From Dimargaris cristalligena (Eukaryota): a stretch of 32,567 bases of DNA. Both the position numbers and the translations under genes were made by a program. Where the stretch lies: positions 1 through 32,567 of the forward strand of contig ML002420.1 in assembly GCA_003614675.1 (NCBI GenBank). The letters are read 5' to 3'. Of this stretch, positions 12,185-23,800 are shown one piece after another. Positions within the stretch are counted from its first letter, which is position 1. Every line of letters begins with the position of its first letter. The notes beneath the pieces are model-generated. The model was not told the origin of the DNA and did not search any database. It saw nothing but the letters and a program-made list of their open reading frames with translations.

Positions 12185-13166
12185 GGACAATCTTATATAT
12201 ACATATACATGTATATTTAGAAAGGGAGCCAAACCAGAACACACGCAGAACTATGTGGGGAGTTACGATTGGTAAGAAACCAGACCAGGAAGGAATTGAG
12301 GGGAGGACTAGAAAGAAATGATAAATGAGGGTAGGTGGGGTCCATGAACATCCCCTCCCTCCCTGTTTCCATCTTTCTTTCTAATGTTCACTAGTGGCAT
12401 ATCACTGCTTTACATTATATATTTTTTGGCTAATAGGAATAACATCGTCACTGCGGGAAGGATGCTCAGGGTTGAGCAGGATTGGCATTCAGACGATTGA
12501 CAGTCAATGAACCCAGCGCCATTGACTAGGCGGTTCGGTAGGTAAATTGTTCCTGGAGATTGGATGGAAGTAGCAATAAAAACCCCGCAATAAAGAAAGG
12601 GAGCAACAAGGGTAGAGTAGACTATTGGCCTAGTGGGATCCCTGTAGCGCAGAACAGAGGAGATAAAAGTGGATTGGATTGGAGGGAGAGGGTGAATGTT
12701 CACCCCACCGCCCTGCATCTCCTTTTATCCACCAGTCACCTCCGAGCTGGCCTCTCGCTATTCCACCTACAACTCGCCAGTGGGTATCCACCGAATAACC
12801 ATCCCTATCCGCCTTTCTAACCCGTAGGGTCTTTAGGTCAGAGTGCCACATATCAGAGAGGCGGAGAAACTAAACATTGGGGCGGGGTATGGCTCCCATT
12901 TGGCACTCCGACTCGGCAGAATTCAACTTCCCGAATTAACAGGGACTGACAGGTTAGGGTATCTTCCATCTACTGCCCCGCTTGATTTAGGTGCTCGCTT
13001 TCGGGGATAATCGCCCTAACCTTCAGTCCAGACTGTGGTTCATTTTTCAAGAAAAATTACTTACACTGCCTCCCCAATTTGCCCATAGTAAAGTAAATCG
13101 GAGTACACTAATGAATCTTGTCAAGTCCTTCAGGAACTAGTTAGTATACCGCCCTATCTAAAATAC

Positions 13167-13187
13167 AATAATAATAATAATAATAAT
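13167..13187. repeat. (AAT)n trinucleotide repeat
   Basis: caataataataataataataat read directly. Confidence 0.85.
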
Positions 13188-14707
13188 GGCAATAACATAT
13201 ATGGTTCAGGACTTCCTACCAGTCGGGCATGGTGCAGCGGAAGAGGGAAAGAGAGGGGAGCGGAGGGTTTCACATCTAGATACCCTGAATTGGGTAGTAT
13301 GAATGGCCAGAGCTTTGTAACGTTTTCGTCTTAATACCCTATTTGGGAATAAGCGCGGGGTTAAGTAACATAGATTATTGACTGTCAGTTTTTATCCGCT
13401 CATGACTAAAAAGGGGTGATGATAAGCTTCCCTGACTAAGAGCTGGTCGGAGCCCTCCCCCCTTCTGAACCAGCCCAAACAGTGAGGAAGAAAGAGGGGG
13501 TGTTGACGGCCGCTGGGGCCCGGCTGCTTATCTCACCTCTATATTTCACTATTTTAGTACTTTTCGGGGTATTGTTGTTCTGCCATTGCGGGTACTTCAG
13601 GTGCCCCATACACCACATCCGTCGGCGGCATTTTTTGCCCCTTTTGGGAGTGTTGTTTTTGGCTAGGCCCATTTTAGAAAAACGCCCCAGTATTCTACTG
13701 GCAGCCATGGGTGCACAGGTGTTACCTCCGAACATTCAGACAGTAGTAGGCTGAGCGAATGAGAGAGTAATGTATAAACATCGACGACAGAAACCAATGG
13801 CAATCGCACTGGTGGAGGTGAACGAGGAGGGAGAGGGGGGTGTATCTTTTATTTTTTCCCCTGCTGGTTACATTCCTTCCTTCCTTACCTTACCATGTGG
13901 ATCCTGGAGGAGCAGCGCCTGTTCGACCCGAGCCGCTAGGCATTGCCCAGTTCTTCCTAAGAAATACTCCGCCATCCCGGCGGGCCATCAGCTTTTTTAA
14001 ACACGCCAAAAAAAAAGCATAGTAAAGCTATAATACGGCTCTATATACCCAAGGGTTCCCCGGAAGGGTAAGCATTGTTGACTCTCCCAAGATGAACTAG
14101 AAGCAGTCTTATTCTCATACTCCATACACGGCCTCAATCTTCAGGAAATAAGGGAGAACGCTACCACCGCGGACTTTGAAACAGAAGCCGCCGGCTATAT
14201 CTGTCAGTACAGTGTATCTGTGTCTATGTGTGCGTATGTGTAAGTGTGTGTAGGTGGACGGATGGGAGAGCGGCAAACATAGTACAGGCCAGAAGAACGT
14301 CACCCCACTCTGGTATAATCAGCCTTGGGATATATGGGGTGGGAGCGTTTCAGGGTGGGAATATCGTAGCTGGTTACACCAACGAACCAAGACGGGAATG
14401 CCATGGGGGTAGCATTCCACCCTAGCCGACTCTAGGCTATTCCATTCAATGCATTTACACTCCACTTGTTCTTTTTGGTACTTTCCGCGAATATATACTC
14501 ATTACCCATCCATTACCACTCTTCTGAGAATTTACTCACTTTCCTTGTTTTGGACGAATAGCTGGGCTTCCACGCGTAACAACCCCCCCCCCTGGTCTAT
14601 ACTAATTTTACCCGAGTCACTCCTCCTCGCCCCGGCCCACAGTTACCCTCCTATTCAACAGCAGCCCCTTGCGGAATCGTGCAACCGCCCAACTGACCGA
14701 CGACACC

Positions 14708-17700
14708 ATGGCGAGTTTAGTCAGCCTGATTCAAGCCACTCGGTAAGCCAGCTAGCTGCCATACCCCGCGTCCACCGCCCAGCCTGCTACCGTAGACCCA
14801 CTCACTACAGGGAGGCACCAAGCAGCGTAAACTGTCCCGTAATTCTCATATGCCTCAATTTATCGGCCCCTCTATACCACCACCACCATATCCTCCGCTT
14901 TGATACCATTGCAGTGTGAGCTCAGTTCTCAACAAAGATAACCGTAGTTACGGCAAGAAACACTTGTTTGACGGAAACGAAGAGACCTGTTGGAATTCCG
15001 AGCAGGTAAATCTCTTCATTAGTATTCATTGACCCCCATAGCCTGTTTTATTGACGCTGCTCGACGAACTATCCCCTGTATTTTGTTCTTGATTTCACCT
15101 ATTCTACTTATTCGGGAGAATCAATTCATTATTTAATGATGCCCATTAACCGAACAAATGTATTCCCCCGATTGTCCGCATCTGGGAATACCAATCCCCG
15201 CCCCCATCCGGCCCGCGGTTCAATTCTCTTTGCACCAAACTAGGGCTCGCCGCAGTCGATAGTTGTCCAATTCAGCAAACCCGTCCGCCTGGACGAGATT
15301 CGCATCATGTTTCAGGGCGGGTTTGCCGGTAAACATGCCCAAGTATGGGTGGCTTCAGCCGCCGAGGAAACCCTGCGTCACCACAGCAATTTCTACCCCG
15401 ATGACAACAATACTTTACAAATATCCTCCTTTTTGTAACAGCAACCCGCCCCTCCTTCTCACACCTCCATGGTGGAAGAAAGGGGCTGACTAGGTGTGTC
15501 CTGAGAGATACGGAAATATAGAGGATGGCGAGGTGGGACAGTCAGCCCATAGTATGATTCACTTCTTTACTACAATTCCAAACTGCACTAACTCGGGAAT
15601 ACAGTGTGAATTGCCCCCTCTCTACTTACCCGCTGCCGCCGATGGGCGGGTGTAACCATTATGACACACCCGTCTAGTATAGTTAGTAGTGCGTCAGTTC
15701 ACCACTTCCTAAGTTGGGCAATGATTAGAAGTTGGACTATTATTATTTTTTTGCCCACACCTTTTATCTGTCTCAGTCACCGCACACCACACCGGAAGGG
15801 GTAATTTTACCCGCACGCCCCCAAGGTAAGATCTCCCTGTGATTGCCAGTGTTAGATTGACCCCCCAATTCGGTTGCCTCCCCCCCCCCCCCCCCCCAAT
15901 AATGGTGATATCGAACCGAGGCATTTTTGTTTTATTACTACGTTTGAGGGCCTAGATATCCCTGCCTAGTTTGCGCCGTCCATTCCACCCCCCTTTTTCT
16001 CGTTACCATAGCCCAGTAATGCTGACAGTGCGCGCCTTTACCTGAGACGAACCTTTTTACCAATAGCGTCCATTTTTTTTACTTCAGAGGGTGTGGGGGA
16101 TTGGCATGATATCCTTGGGGGGTCGACATGCTAGGTACATCCGCAGGAGAAGTCTGGCGAATTAACGGAGGATTTCCCCCCCAACCCACTGGTTAAACGA
16201 TCGAAATGAAACGACCGGCTGACCTTCTATGGCTAAGAGCTTACTCTGATGGTCCAGGCCAGTTAGTTAGCTGGTTGGTGGAAGGGGTGTGTGTGTATGT
16301 GTGTGTGTGGCATTTACCGGGCTATATCCATTGGCCGGTTGGGAATTATAGACCGCCAATCTAATCCTCGATTAAGGCTGTCATGGCGAAACCCTAAACT
16401 ACATCCTCCGCCCTTTTCATTTCTGCAGCGTCTTAGATACACCACAGCACACACCACGGGGCTTGCTGAATTAGCGGCCTTTGCCAATTAGCGAAATGGA
16501 ATCAAACTCCTATTCCTCCTTATCTGGTCTTAGCCGCAAGGCGAGTGTGCTGATGATAATAATGATGATTCGTGGGCCCAAATGCTGATTCTGAATACCT
16601 TTTCCCTTATTCAGTAGTAATGGCCTGGACTTTTGCTGATTGAGTGGTGTGGTTCCTCCAACATGGCCAATCATTATTTTGGAGGAGGGGTGGAAGTGGG
16701 ATTTCCTCCTAATCATCAGAAGCGCGGCCCGCTCCCAACTCTCCCACCTTTTCAATCTAACTGGCTGACTTCACTCATTCGGACTTTACTAACCTTCTGT
16801 CATCCTCACTTATCCACCCGCCCATCTCTAAATATATATTTACACTGTATTTATTTTTATATAGGCCTATATACTAGTCGAGAGTGCGCCATCTCTCGAT
16901 AGACCTTCACCCCCCTCCTTTCTTCACTCCCCGTTATACACTCACGCCTCGTATATACCTCTTCTATCTACCCACTGTCACTCATTCCTGTGTTTCGGAT
17001 TAGCCACTGACATTAAGGACCATCCTGGATGTCAAGCCAAGTCAAGTGGTCCGGATTTAACTATACTTGGTCCAGCTGGGGTATTTCAAGGCTGACGGAA
17101 GGATGAATGAGGAGGGGGACCCCCAATGGTAACTGTGGTATTTCTTGACTGGTGAGGATGTCTGTGTGCGTGTGTGTATCACACTGAACACAGTGGGGTC
17201 CGCTAGTGTGGATACGTTAAGAATGTAGTGAAGCATTGGCTTCTTCGGTTCCTAATGATGGCGGCCTATTCCAGCGGGTCTCACTTGCTTATCCGGATTC
17301 TGAATTTCCAAAAACAGCCCCTTCTCAGTAGCATTCTGACTGTACGGCAATATACCTATATGTTTAGTAGTTGGAAACCCGTCCCAACACTCTAACTTCA
17401 GTGGATATGTTCGATGTCTAGACCACCGCGCCCTCCCCTCCTCTATATTCCTACTCCCCTCCCCCCCCCCAAAAAAAACATGACCAAGCTCCATATACGG
17501 CTTGATCCCATTGTAAATTTTTACCTCGACGGTACCGCATCTAGCAACCGTGGGGGTATGTGTGTGTGTGTATCCCCTTAACTCTTCCCGCTATACATTG
17601 CCTTATTTTTGCTATATTTTATAATGTATGTTGCCAATTCCATGTAACCCGCGAACCATCCTCAAACCTGCGATTCCGAATCATTACGTCTTTCCCCTGA

Positions 17701-17813
17701 CGACCCTTGAGGCCCCCGTGGTCGAGCGCCTCAAGATTATTTTCCCCGAGAGTACCGACTTTTTCGGCCGCATTACCATTTACCGCCTCGATATTATCGG
17801 CATTGAGGCATGA
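14708..17813 (+). CDS. NR2C2AP: Nuclear receptor 2C2-associated protein (TRA16) homolog, galactose-binding-like fold; exons 14708-14742, 14915-15005, 15244-15420, 17688-17813; 142 aa
   Basis: Spliced translation: MASLVSLIQATR|VSSVLNKDNRSYGKKHLFDGNEETCWNSEQ|GSPQSIVVQFSKPVRLDEIRIMFQGGFAGKHAQVWVASAAEETLRHHSNFYPDDNNTLQ|VFPLTTLEAPVVERLKIIFPESTDFFGRITIYRLDIIGIEA*. This is colinear with the NR2C2AP family motifs VSSVLN, GKKHLFD..EETCWNS.QG, FQGGF, FYP.DNN.LQ.FP and F..STDFFGR..IY.L. Start context is ACCATGG. Introns: 14743 GTAAGC..TGCAG 14914; 15006 GTAAAT..ACTAG 15243; 15421 ATATCCTC..TTAC 17687. Total 429 nt, in frame. Confidence 0.95.
15421..17687 (+). other. U12-type (minor spliceosome) AT-AC intron, 2,267 nt, phase 0
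   Basis: The 5' end ATATCCTCC follows ...TTA CAA (LQ) and fits the U12 donor consensus RTATCCTY. The 3' end ...CATTAC precedes GTC TTT CCC (VFP). Removing it restores the family motif 'NNTLQ|VFP' without a gap. There is no AG between 17545 and 17709, so no GT-AG alternative preserves the motif. Branch-point candidates are TCCTCAAAC (17659-17667) and CCCCTTAAC (17574-17582). Confidence 0.88.
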
Positions 17814-20800
17814 GCGATTCATACGCCGCTCTGTCCCATCCTGGGCTTGGGCATGCGTCTGGCATTGGTGATTTGATACTAAAAGAAGTAGAAGAAAGAA
17901 CTAGCACCATTTCGGCGGTCAATAGTATCTCACTAGTGCCCTACCCTCCACCCCCACCACCTTCCTATTTGATAATAAACCCATATCTGGTCCGACATTT
18001 GGAGGGCCTGGTCACTGTTTACATTCTAGCTACTCTGGGGTTTCTATCACTTGGATTATTGAGCCACTTAAGTTTACCCCCAAATAGTAAATGAATATCA
18101 CCATTTTTAAAAAGGCCGTACACTAAAATGGCCGCGGTATGCTAGGATCTAGGGGTGAAATATAGAGCCCCATACACCTAATGCAATGCATGGAGGTTAG
18201 ATCTGAAGGTTGTCGGACAATCATGGCAAGCAAAATACCTTCATTCTACCTTTATTATGATCACATTACTTATGGCATTCGACCTACCATTTCCTTTCCC
18301 TTCAGAACACTCAAATCAGGAAGCATGCGGGTCTTCTCTATTAGTATGTGTTTTTGTGTATTTCGTCCTCGCGACCTTCGCATTTCTAGTTCAGCCATTT
18401 GGGGATTAGTGTGGGTAACGCGGGTTTGACTAATGATTGACACGTCCAGTAGTAGTAGTGGCCAGCGGAATTAAGGTACATCCATTATTGACAGGTCAAT
18501 GGAATTGGGGGAGAAGGGAGAGAACCCTAAATTATTAGTGCACGATGCCATAATAGTTACTAAAAAGGAGAAGGGGCGAGGAGGAGGGGGGTGGTGGTAT
18601 GCCGACAATGCTGACAATGATAGACGCCCCAAGCCAAGTGTCCATTGGGCCAGAACAGAAGGGGGCCAGGGATACTCTCCTCGCCCCTTGAATTAAGGAA
18701 CTAGCCTTTTCGGGTGGAGAGGACGCTGGGGCTCTGGTGGACGGGGAAACGCCCCCGTGACCTCACTCCATGATTTGTCCTTCTCTTTTACCCTTCCACC
18801 TCTATTAATACCGCCATGCTTCTGGAATGGTTCATTCTCTGCCATTCGTAGAATATACGCGATAGTTACCTGGGATTTTAGCGCGCGCGTGTGTGTGTGC
18901 TTTTCTTTTTAAGATTTCCCTTATCCTTACCCCTGCTCTTTTTTGGTCATGGTTGTTATGGTTTACTTTTGGAGTATCAAGGCCATCGCCATGGCTGCTG
19001 ACTCTCTAGGGTTGTACTACCCATGGCCACCCCCATGTTTACCCATGTCTATTGTTGGCCTCGAGACTAGTTTCAGTGGACCAATACCGGCACCTCCGGT
19101 ATACTACCGGACGGTACACCGTCGTCAGACAATCCTAACATCTGTACCACGATGGCATGTTCTCGTTCCTCAATTATACTTGATTTCAGGTAAGAAGGAT
19201 GCAGGGGAAAATGCAACTAAGTATTATTATTATTCATTTTAAAAAAAGATAAATCGAGAGAAAAGGGGTGGATAAAGGATGTTCAAGGGCTCTAGCGGCT
19301 GACCGCGGACTGTCCAGAGGGGGGGTGACCTTGGGAAACAGGGAGGGGGGGGCAAGACTGTGCGCTCCGGTGGAATGTTTTCTGGTAACGCAGGGATGGT
19401 AACGACCCCTTCTATCGGTGCGGCATGGCTACCTGTATTTAGTTAGAGCAAGCGGCGATTTGACCTTCATTTTGGTTATGGTTGCACACCCAAAGTGAAC
19501 CATCGAAGGCTTGGGGACACGGTGACATTCGCCTGAGCTTTTCAGTCGTTGATGATGGTTGTACCAATATATTTTCTGTGTCGTGGTTTTATATCCCCTC
19601 CCTTTCCCTACCCCATCTCTCTCGCACTCCCTCTTCCCGTATTTCTTTTAGAAAAAAATACGAGAATATCACTTGACTGACGGGGTACTGTATTATGGTT
19701 CTTTTTTAAAATCGCCAGCTTTCATTCTAGATCGCGAGCGTCTATTAAAAGAACTTAGGTCTAATCACCGATATGTTTCATTGCCGAGTATATATCCCCT
19801 TTTCCCTGTTATTTTATTTTTTGTATAAGGGGGTTGGGGCTAGGGTGGGGGGTGATTCATTAGCTACGCGTACTTTAGCCAAAGAGAGTGCGTAAACACC
19901 ACTCATGTTACCGAGTCGGCGCTTTAACAAATGACTGAATTTGAAAGTCAGCCAGGTAGGGGAATTCATCATTTTTTCTACCTCTGATTAAGCCGACCAG
20001 GGGAGGATGGGCCTACAGGGGAGTTAGCTAGATGGGTAGCTAGGGGAGAAGTCTGTTTTTTTGGGGGGCCTAATGCGTCAAGTTGATAAGCCCGTTTAAC
20101 ACCAACGAACCGCCGAGCGACCAATCGGCTTGACGGGGGAAATGTAGGTCAACTTTAGCGCATCCACAGACTATTCGCCGGGCGTGAGTCACATGGGGAT
20201 AATCGATGGTACTACCCCCGAGTCCAGTAATAACTGTTCTCATACCTTCCGGTCCCTTGTCTCGCGTGGGTTGGCTGGGGCGACTCACGAGGGAGGTGCG
20301 AAGTGGACGGTGTTCCCCTCCCCCCACCAAAAAAAACAACAACTGAACTCTTCGCAAGGAACGGTTAACAAGGGGGGGGTTATAACCCATATCACAGGGC
20401 AAGGTCCCTGTTGAGATATACGTCCTATTCAGTAGATCTGGCGGCTAGGCCTAATCCAGCCCTATATTGACATGGCATACGGTCCTGGTTCAAGGGAGGC
20501 GCGTGTATTACTTCAAGGAGATTTCAGGAGCACCACCCGGGTCCAGATAGGCGCCCTGCCGCGGTATATGGTGCGAACTAACTGCCATTCGACCATTTGG
20601 ATAGGAGTGCCGACCTCTCCTCCTGGTCACATAGTACCTGCCGGGTTTAAGTAGCTTACAGGGGCCGCTAATTAGGTATAAGTAAGTATCCGGCGAAGGG
20701 GAGATCTAGTCGCCTACCTATCAATAGGCATGGATTGGCAGCCCATATGACCAGTAATTAGCTAGTCTTGTGGCGCGCACTTGGGTATCCTAGGCCGGTA

Positions 20801-23800
20801 ATTATAAAGACATGGTGGGAGGCTATGTCTCTTCAGTCCAAGGGGTCCCTCTGAACTACATCCTCTCCCCCGGAACGAATCCCTTACGACGATCATAGAA
20901 ATCCCTCAGTATACTCTCAACCAGTTAGCCCCCTACACTATTCCTCGGGATTCTCTTGAGAGAGAGAGGGCATGTCTCGCCTATCAAAACGGAGTATAGG
21001 GCTGCTGGGTAGGTAGGAAGGATATCTCAATATACGGTTATTTATAATAATTCTTATTTTGCCATCATTTGAGGCCATGGTGTTTCGATGGCCAGCTACT
21101 TGGCTTCAGATTAGGCACTACCGGTTACAAAGGTCGAGAGCTTCGGCAGTACTATGTGGTCTCGACTGCGACACTTTATTCCCTTGGTAGGATGTGTACA
21201 GAGGTATCTTCTTCGCACTTTCCGGCTGGAGCCTTGATACCTCAAAACGGGGGTGTAGCAATGGCTAAAGCCATTGGCCCACTAGTGGCGACGACCCACA
21301 CAAGTGGGGGGCATTCGCAAGCAAGGTTAGCCAACCTTAACCGGGAAAATGAGCCATGTGATTTTCGGCATAGTTTGTAATTTTTTTTCAGTGATTAAGC
21401 CTTGTTCATATCCAACTAGAGTCGAATTCCCGAAGAAGATATACCCGAGGATATACCCACTTTTATGATATCTAGTGGATAGAAATGCAAGTCCTTTATC
21501 TTGTTGTTTGGATATAATATATATAGATAGATACAGGGATTTCCATGTGATGATTCCACTGGTCCAATCATACCGATTTTTTAAGCCCTTAGCGTATGTG
21601 TATGTCCATCTAGCCTTTTCGATATCGATCGACCCGGTGTCCTAAAATAATCTCATATCATAGGCTATCGGAGTCGGGCAATGATCATGTATAAATGCGG
21701 TATGGGTTGGTAAAGAGGGGTGTTGAAGGTGGAGGCGCATTGGAGGCGGCTATATAAATGGGGATGATGTGTGTGGGGGGAGGGCGGGGGGTAAATAGAA
21801 TATACATGACTGGATGATTCACCTCAGGAAATCAGCGAGTCCCTCGGTAATCGTTTCATTATTAACGATGGGCGTAAACGTTGTATATAAAATGCAACTC
21901 GGCCAATGGTCACGCCTTAAGTTATAATAGCCCCCCCGTCCATTGGCTGGCTGAGGATGAGAGGGGTGGTGTTAGCGTCTTGTTACCCCGAAATCGGCGC
22001 AAGGACCCCATATCAAGTGAGGCTATGCCGACCCCGCGAGCCTGACGATATTCATAACCGATTTTACACTGCTCCAATTTTAAGTACAATAGCCTGTGCT
22101 GGTTAATAAGAGAGGGGACAGTGAGTCTGTAATAGCATTTGTTTCGGTTTTACCATGGCATAGATTTGGCCGAGTTTTTCTTCTAAATATTACAAACCCT
22201 TGGACCTTTTATATTTTAAATGGCGATTAAATTGACGAAAATAGGACTTTGCAAAAATGGGGATATAAATGACTTGTGGATCGAATGCTGGGAGTCTCTG
22301 GCCGTCAGTCTCTATAGTAGCCGGGGCGGATTTTAAGAATATACCATTGGGGGATAAGTAGGTGTGCATCAGAGGCGATCTTCGGGTAATTCAAATTGGC
22401 CGACGAATCGTTATGATATATGGCAACGGTGCCGATGGCCCTCTAGGATGATCGGGCATGCCATATACCTTTTCCCCCTCGCTTCCGCCACCCCATTGCC
22501 TCTGTGATTAAACGAGAATTTACTTATCCCCCCTTTATAAAAATAAATAAAGGTAAGGATAAAAAAAAACCAAAATTAAGAGACTGTCATCAAATAGCGA
22601 TGCCCCTATTTTGAATCCACCATCAAATGGCCGATTTTTTTGTTAGGACTGACCCGGTCGAATGAGAGATTCGATCATCATCGCCTCGGGTAAATCTCGG
22701 ATCCACTTACTCGAGTTAATGTAGGAAATATTGAAGGTAAAGATTGGCCCTCCGTCGAATTCTGTGAGCGATGCGATCTTAGTTTACTGTAGCTGTCAAG
22801 TTGTTCAAAAGAGGGCGAGGAGGGGGGTTGTCTACAAGCAGTACGTAGTTAGGGTGGCTTGAAATACGGAATTGGATTTGAGGGTGGTTAAACCAGTGTG
22901 ATCGGTCATTTCCGTATCTAGAATCATTGGTTTCGACAGTCAGGTTAGCGATTAGGGCGTCCGGGAATGACAGGCTATGGAAAACACCCTCGTTAAACTG
23001 GCCAAATCACTCCGAATCTTGCCGCATGCGTCCGCTATGAGTAGGCCGTGCCGACCCTTGGGCGCTACTGAGCGGCTCTGGCTTGACGGCGTTAGACCCT
23101 AGGATGCGAGTAGTATGGAGGTGTTGTCGCCCTTCTGGTATAATCCGACGTTTTTGCGGCCGGTGCCCGTCTGATAGTAATGGGGATAGCCATCGGATTG
23201 AGAAAGATGATTGAATTGATGCCCCAACTATAGTGTGGCGGACTGAATACGCGTTGGAATACATAAGAGGATTTCCATTATCGGATAAATAGTAGGTACT
23301 TGCCAAAAGGGGTTATTGAGTATTCCTTTTAAAGAATAAACCCACCCCTTTTTTGACAGCATCCATATACATATATATCCAAATGGTCTATCAAAATTAC
23401 AAGTTGGACTGGCACCTTCGGGGACGAAATAGATCAAGGAAAACGGGGCGCAATTTGATTAATCAATGTCGCCGTATCTTTTTTGAAGTGAGCACCAATT
23501 GCACCCTTTACTGATCATAACGGCTCATCCATAGTGCGCCAGTATGAAAAGCCTGTGGTATACATGGACTTGAGACATGAATCGTCAGTGGAAGTGGATG
23601 GTCACGGTGGGCTAATCGGCTCTACGGAGTGCGGATATCCTTCAGACTGGGCGGAAATTATGATAGATCGAATCGCTCGATGGTCAGTACTGGCATCTCT
23701 ATCTTGTCAAATAAGCTGCCATAAAATCAATTTGGATACGTGAAATTCGGTTTGCTGACGGTCTGCAAGTCGATATATTTAAGACATTATCATTCGACTA

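Noticed and set aside
14449-14919. 156-aa ORF in the track
   Set aside because: Overlaps the NR2C2AP leader, exon 1 and intron 1; no recognisable protein.
15200-15240. GGTTCAATTC...CCA, resembling a tRNA T-loop/B-box
   Set aside because: No T-stem or acceptor-stem pairing, and it lies at the 3' end of NR2C2AP intron 2.
15263-15493. 76-aa ORF in the track
   Set aside because: Wrong-frame shadow of NR2C2AP exon 3.
16551-16595. C-box (ATGATGA) and D-box (CTGA) motifs inside the AT-AC intron
   Set aside because: Spacing is too short for a C/D snoRNA, with no terminal stem or recognisable rRNA guide.
15435-17711. GT-AG alternative (GTAACA 15435 to GAG 17711) for the last NR2C2AP intron
   Set aside because: The phases do not match and it would delete the conserved FP motif.
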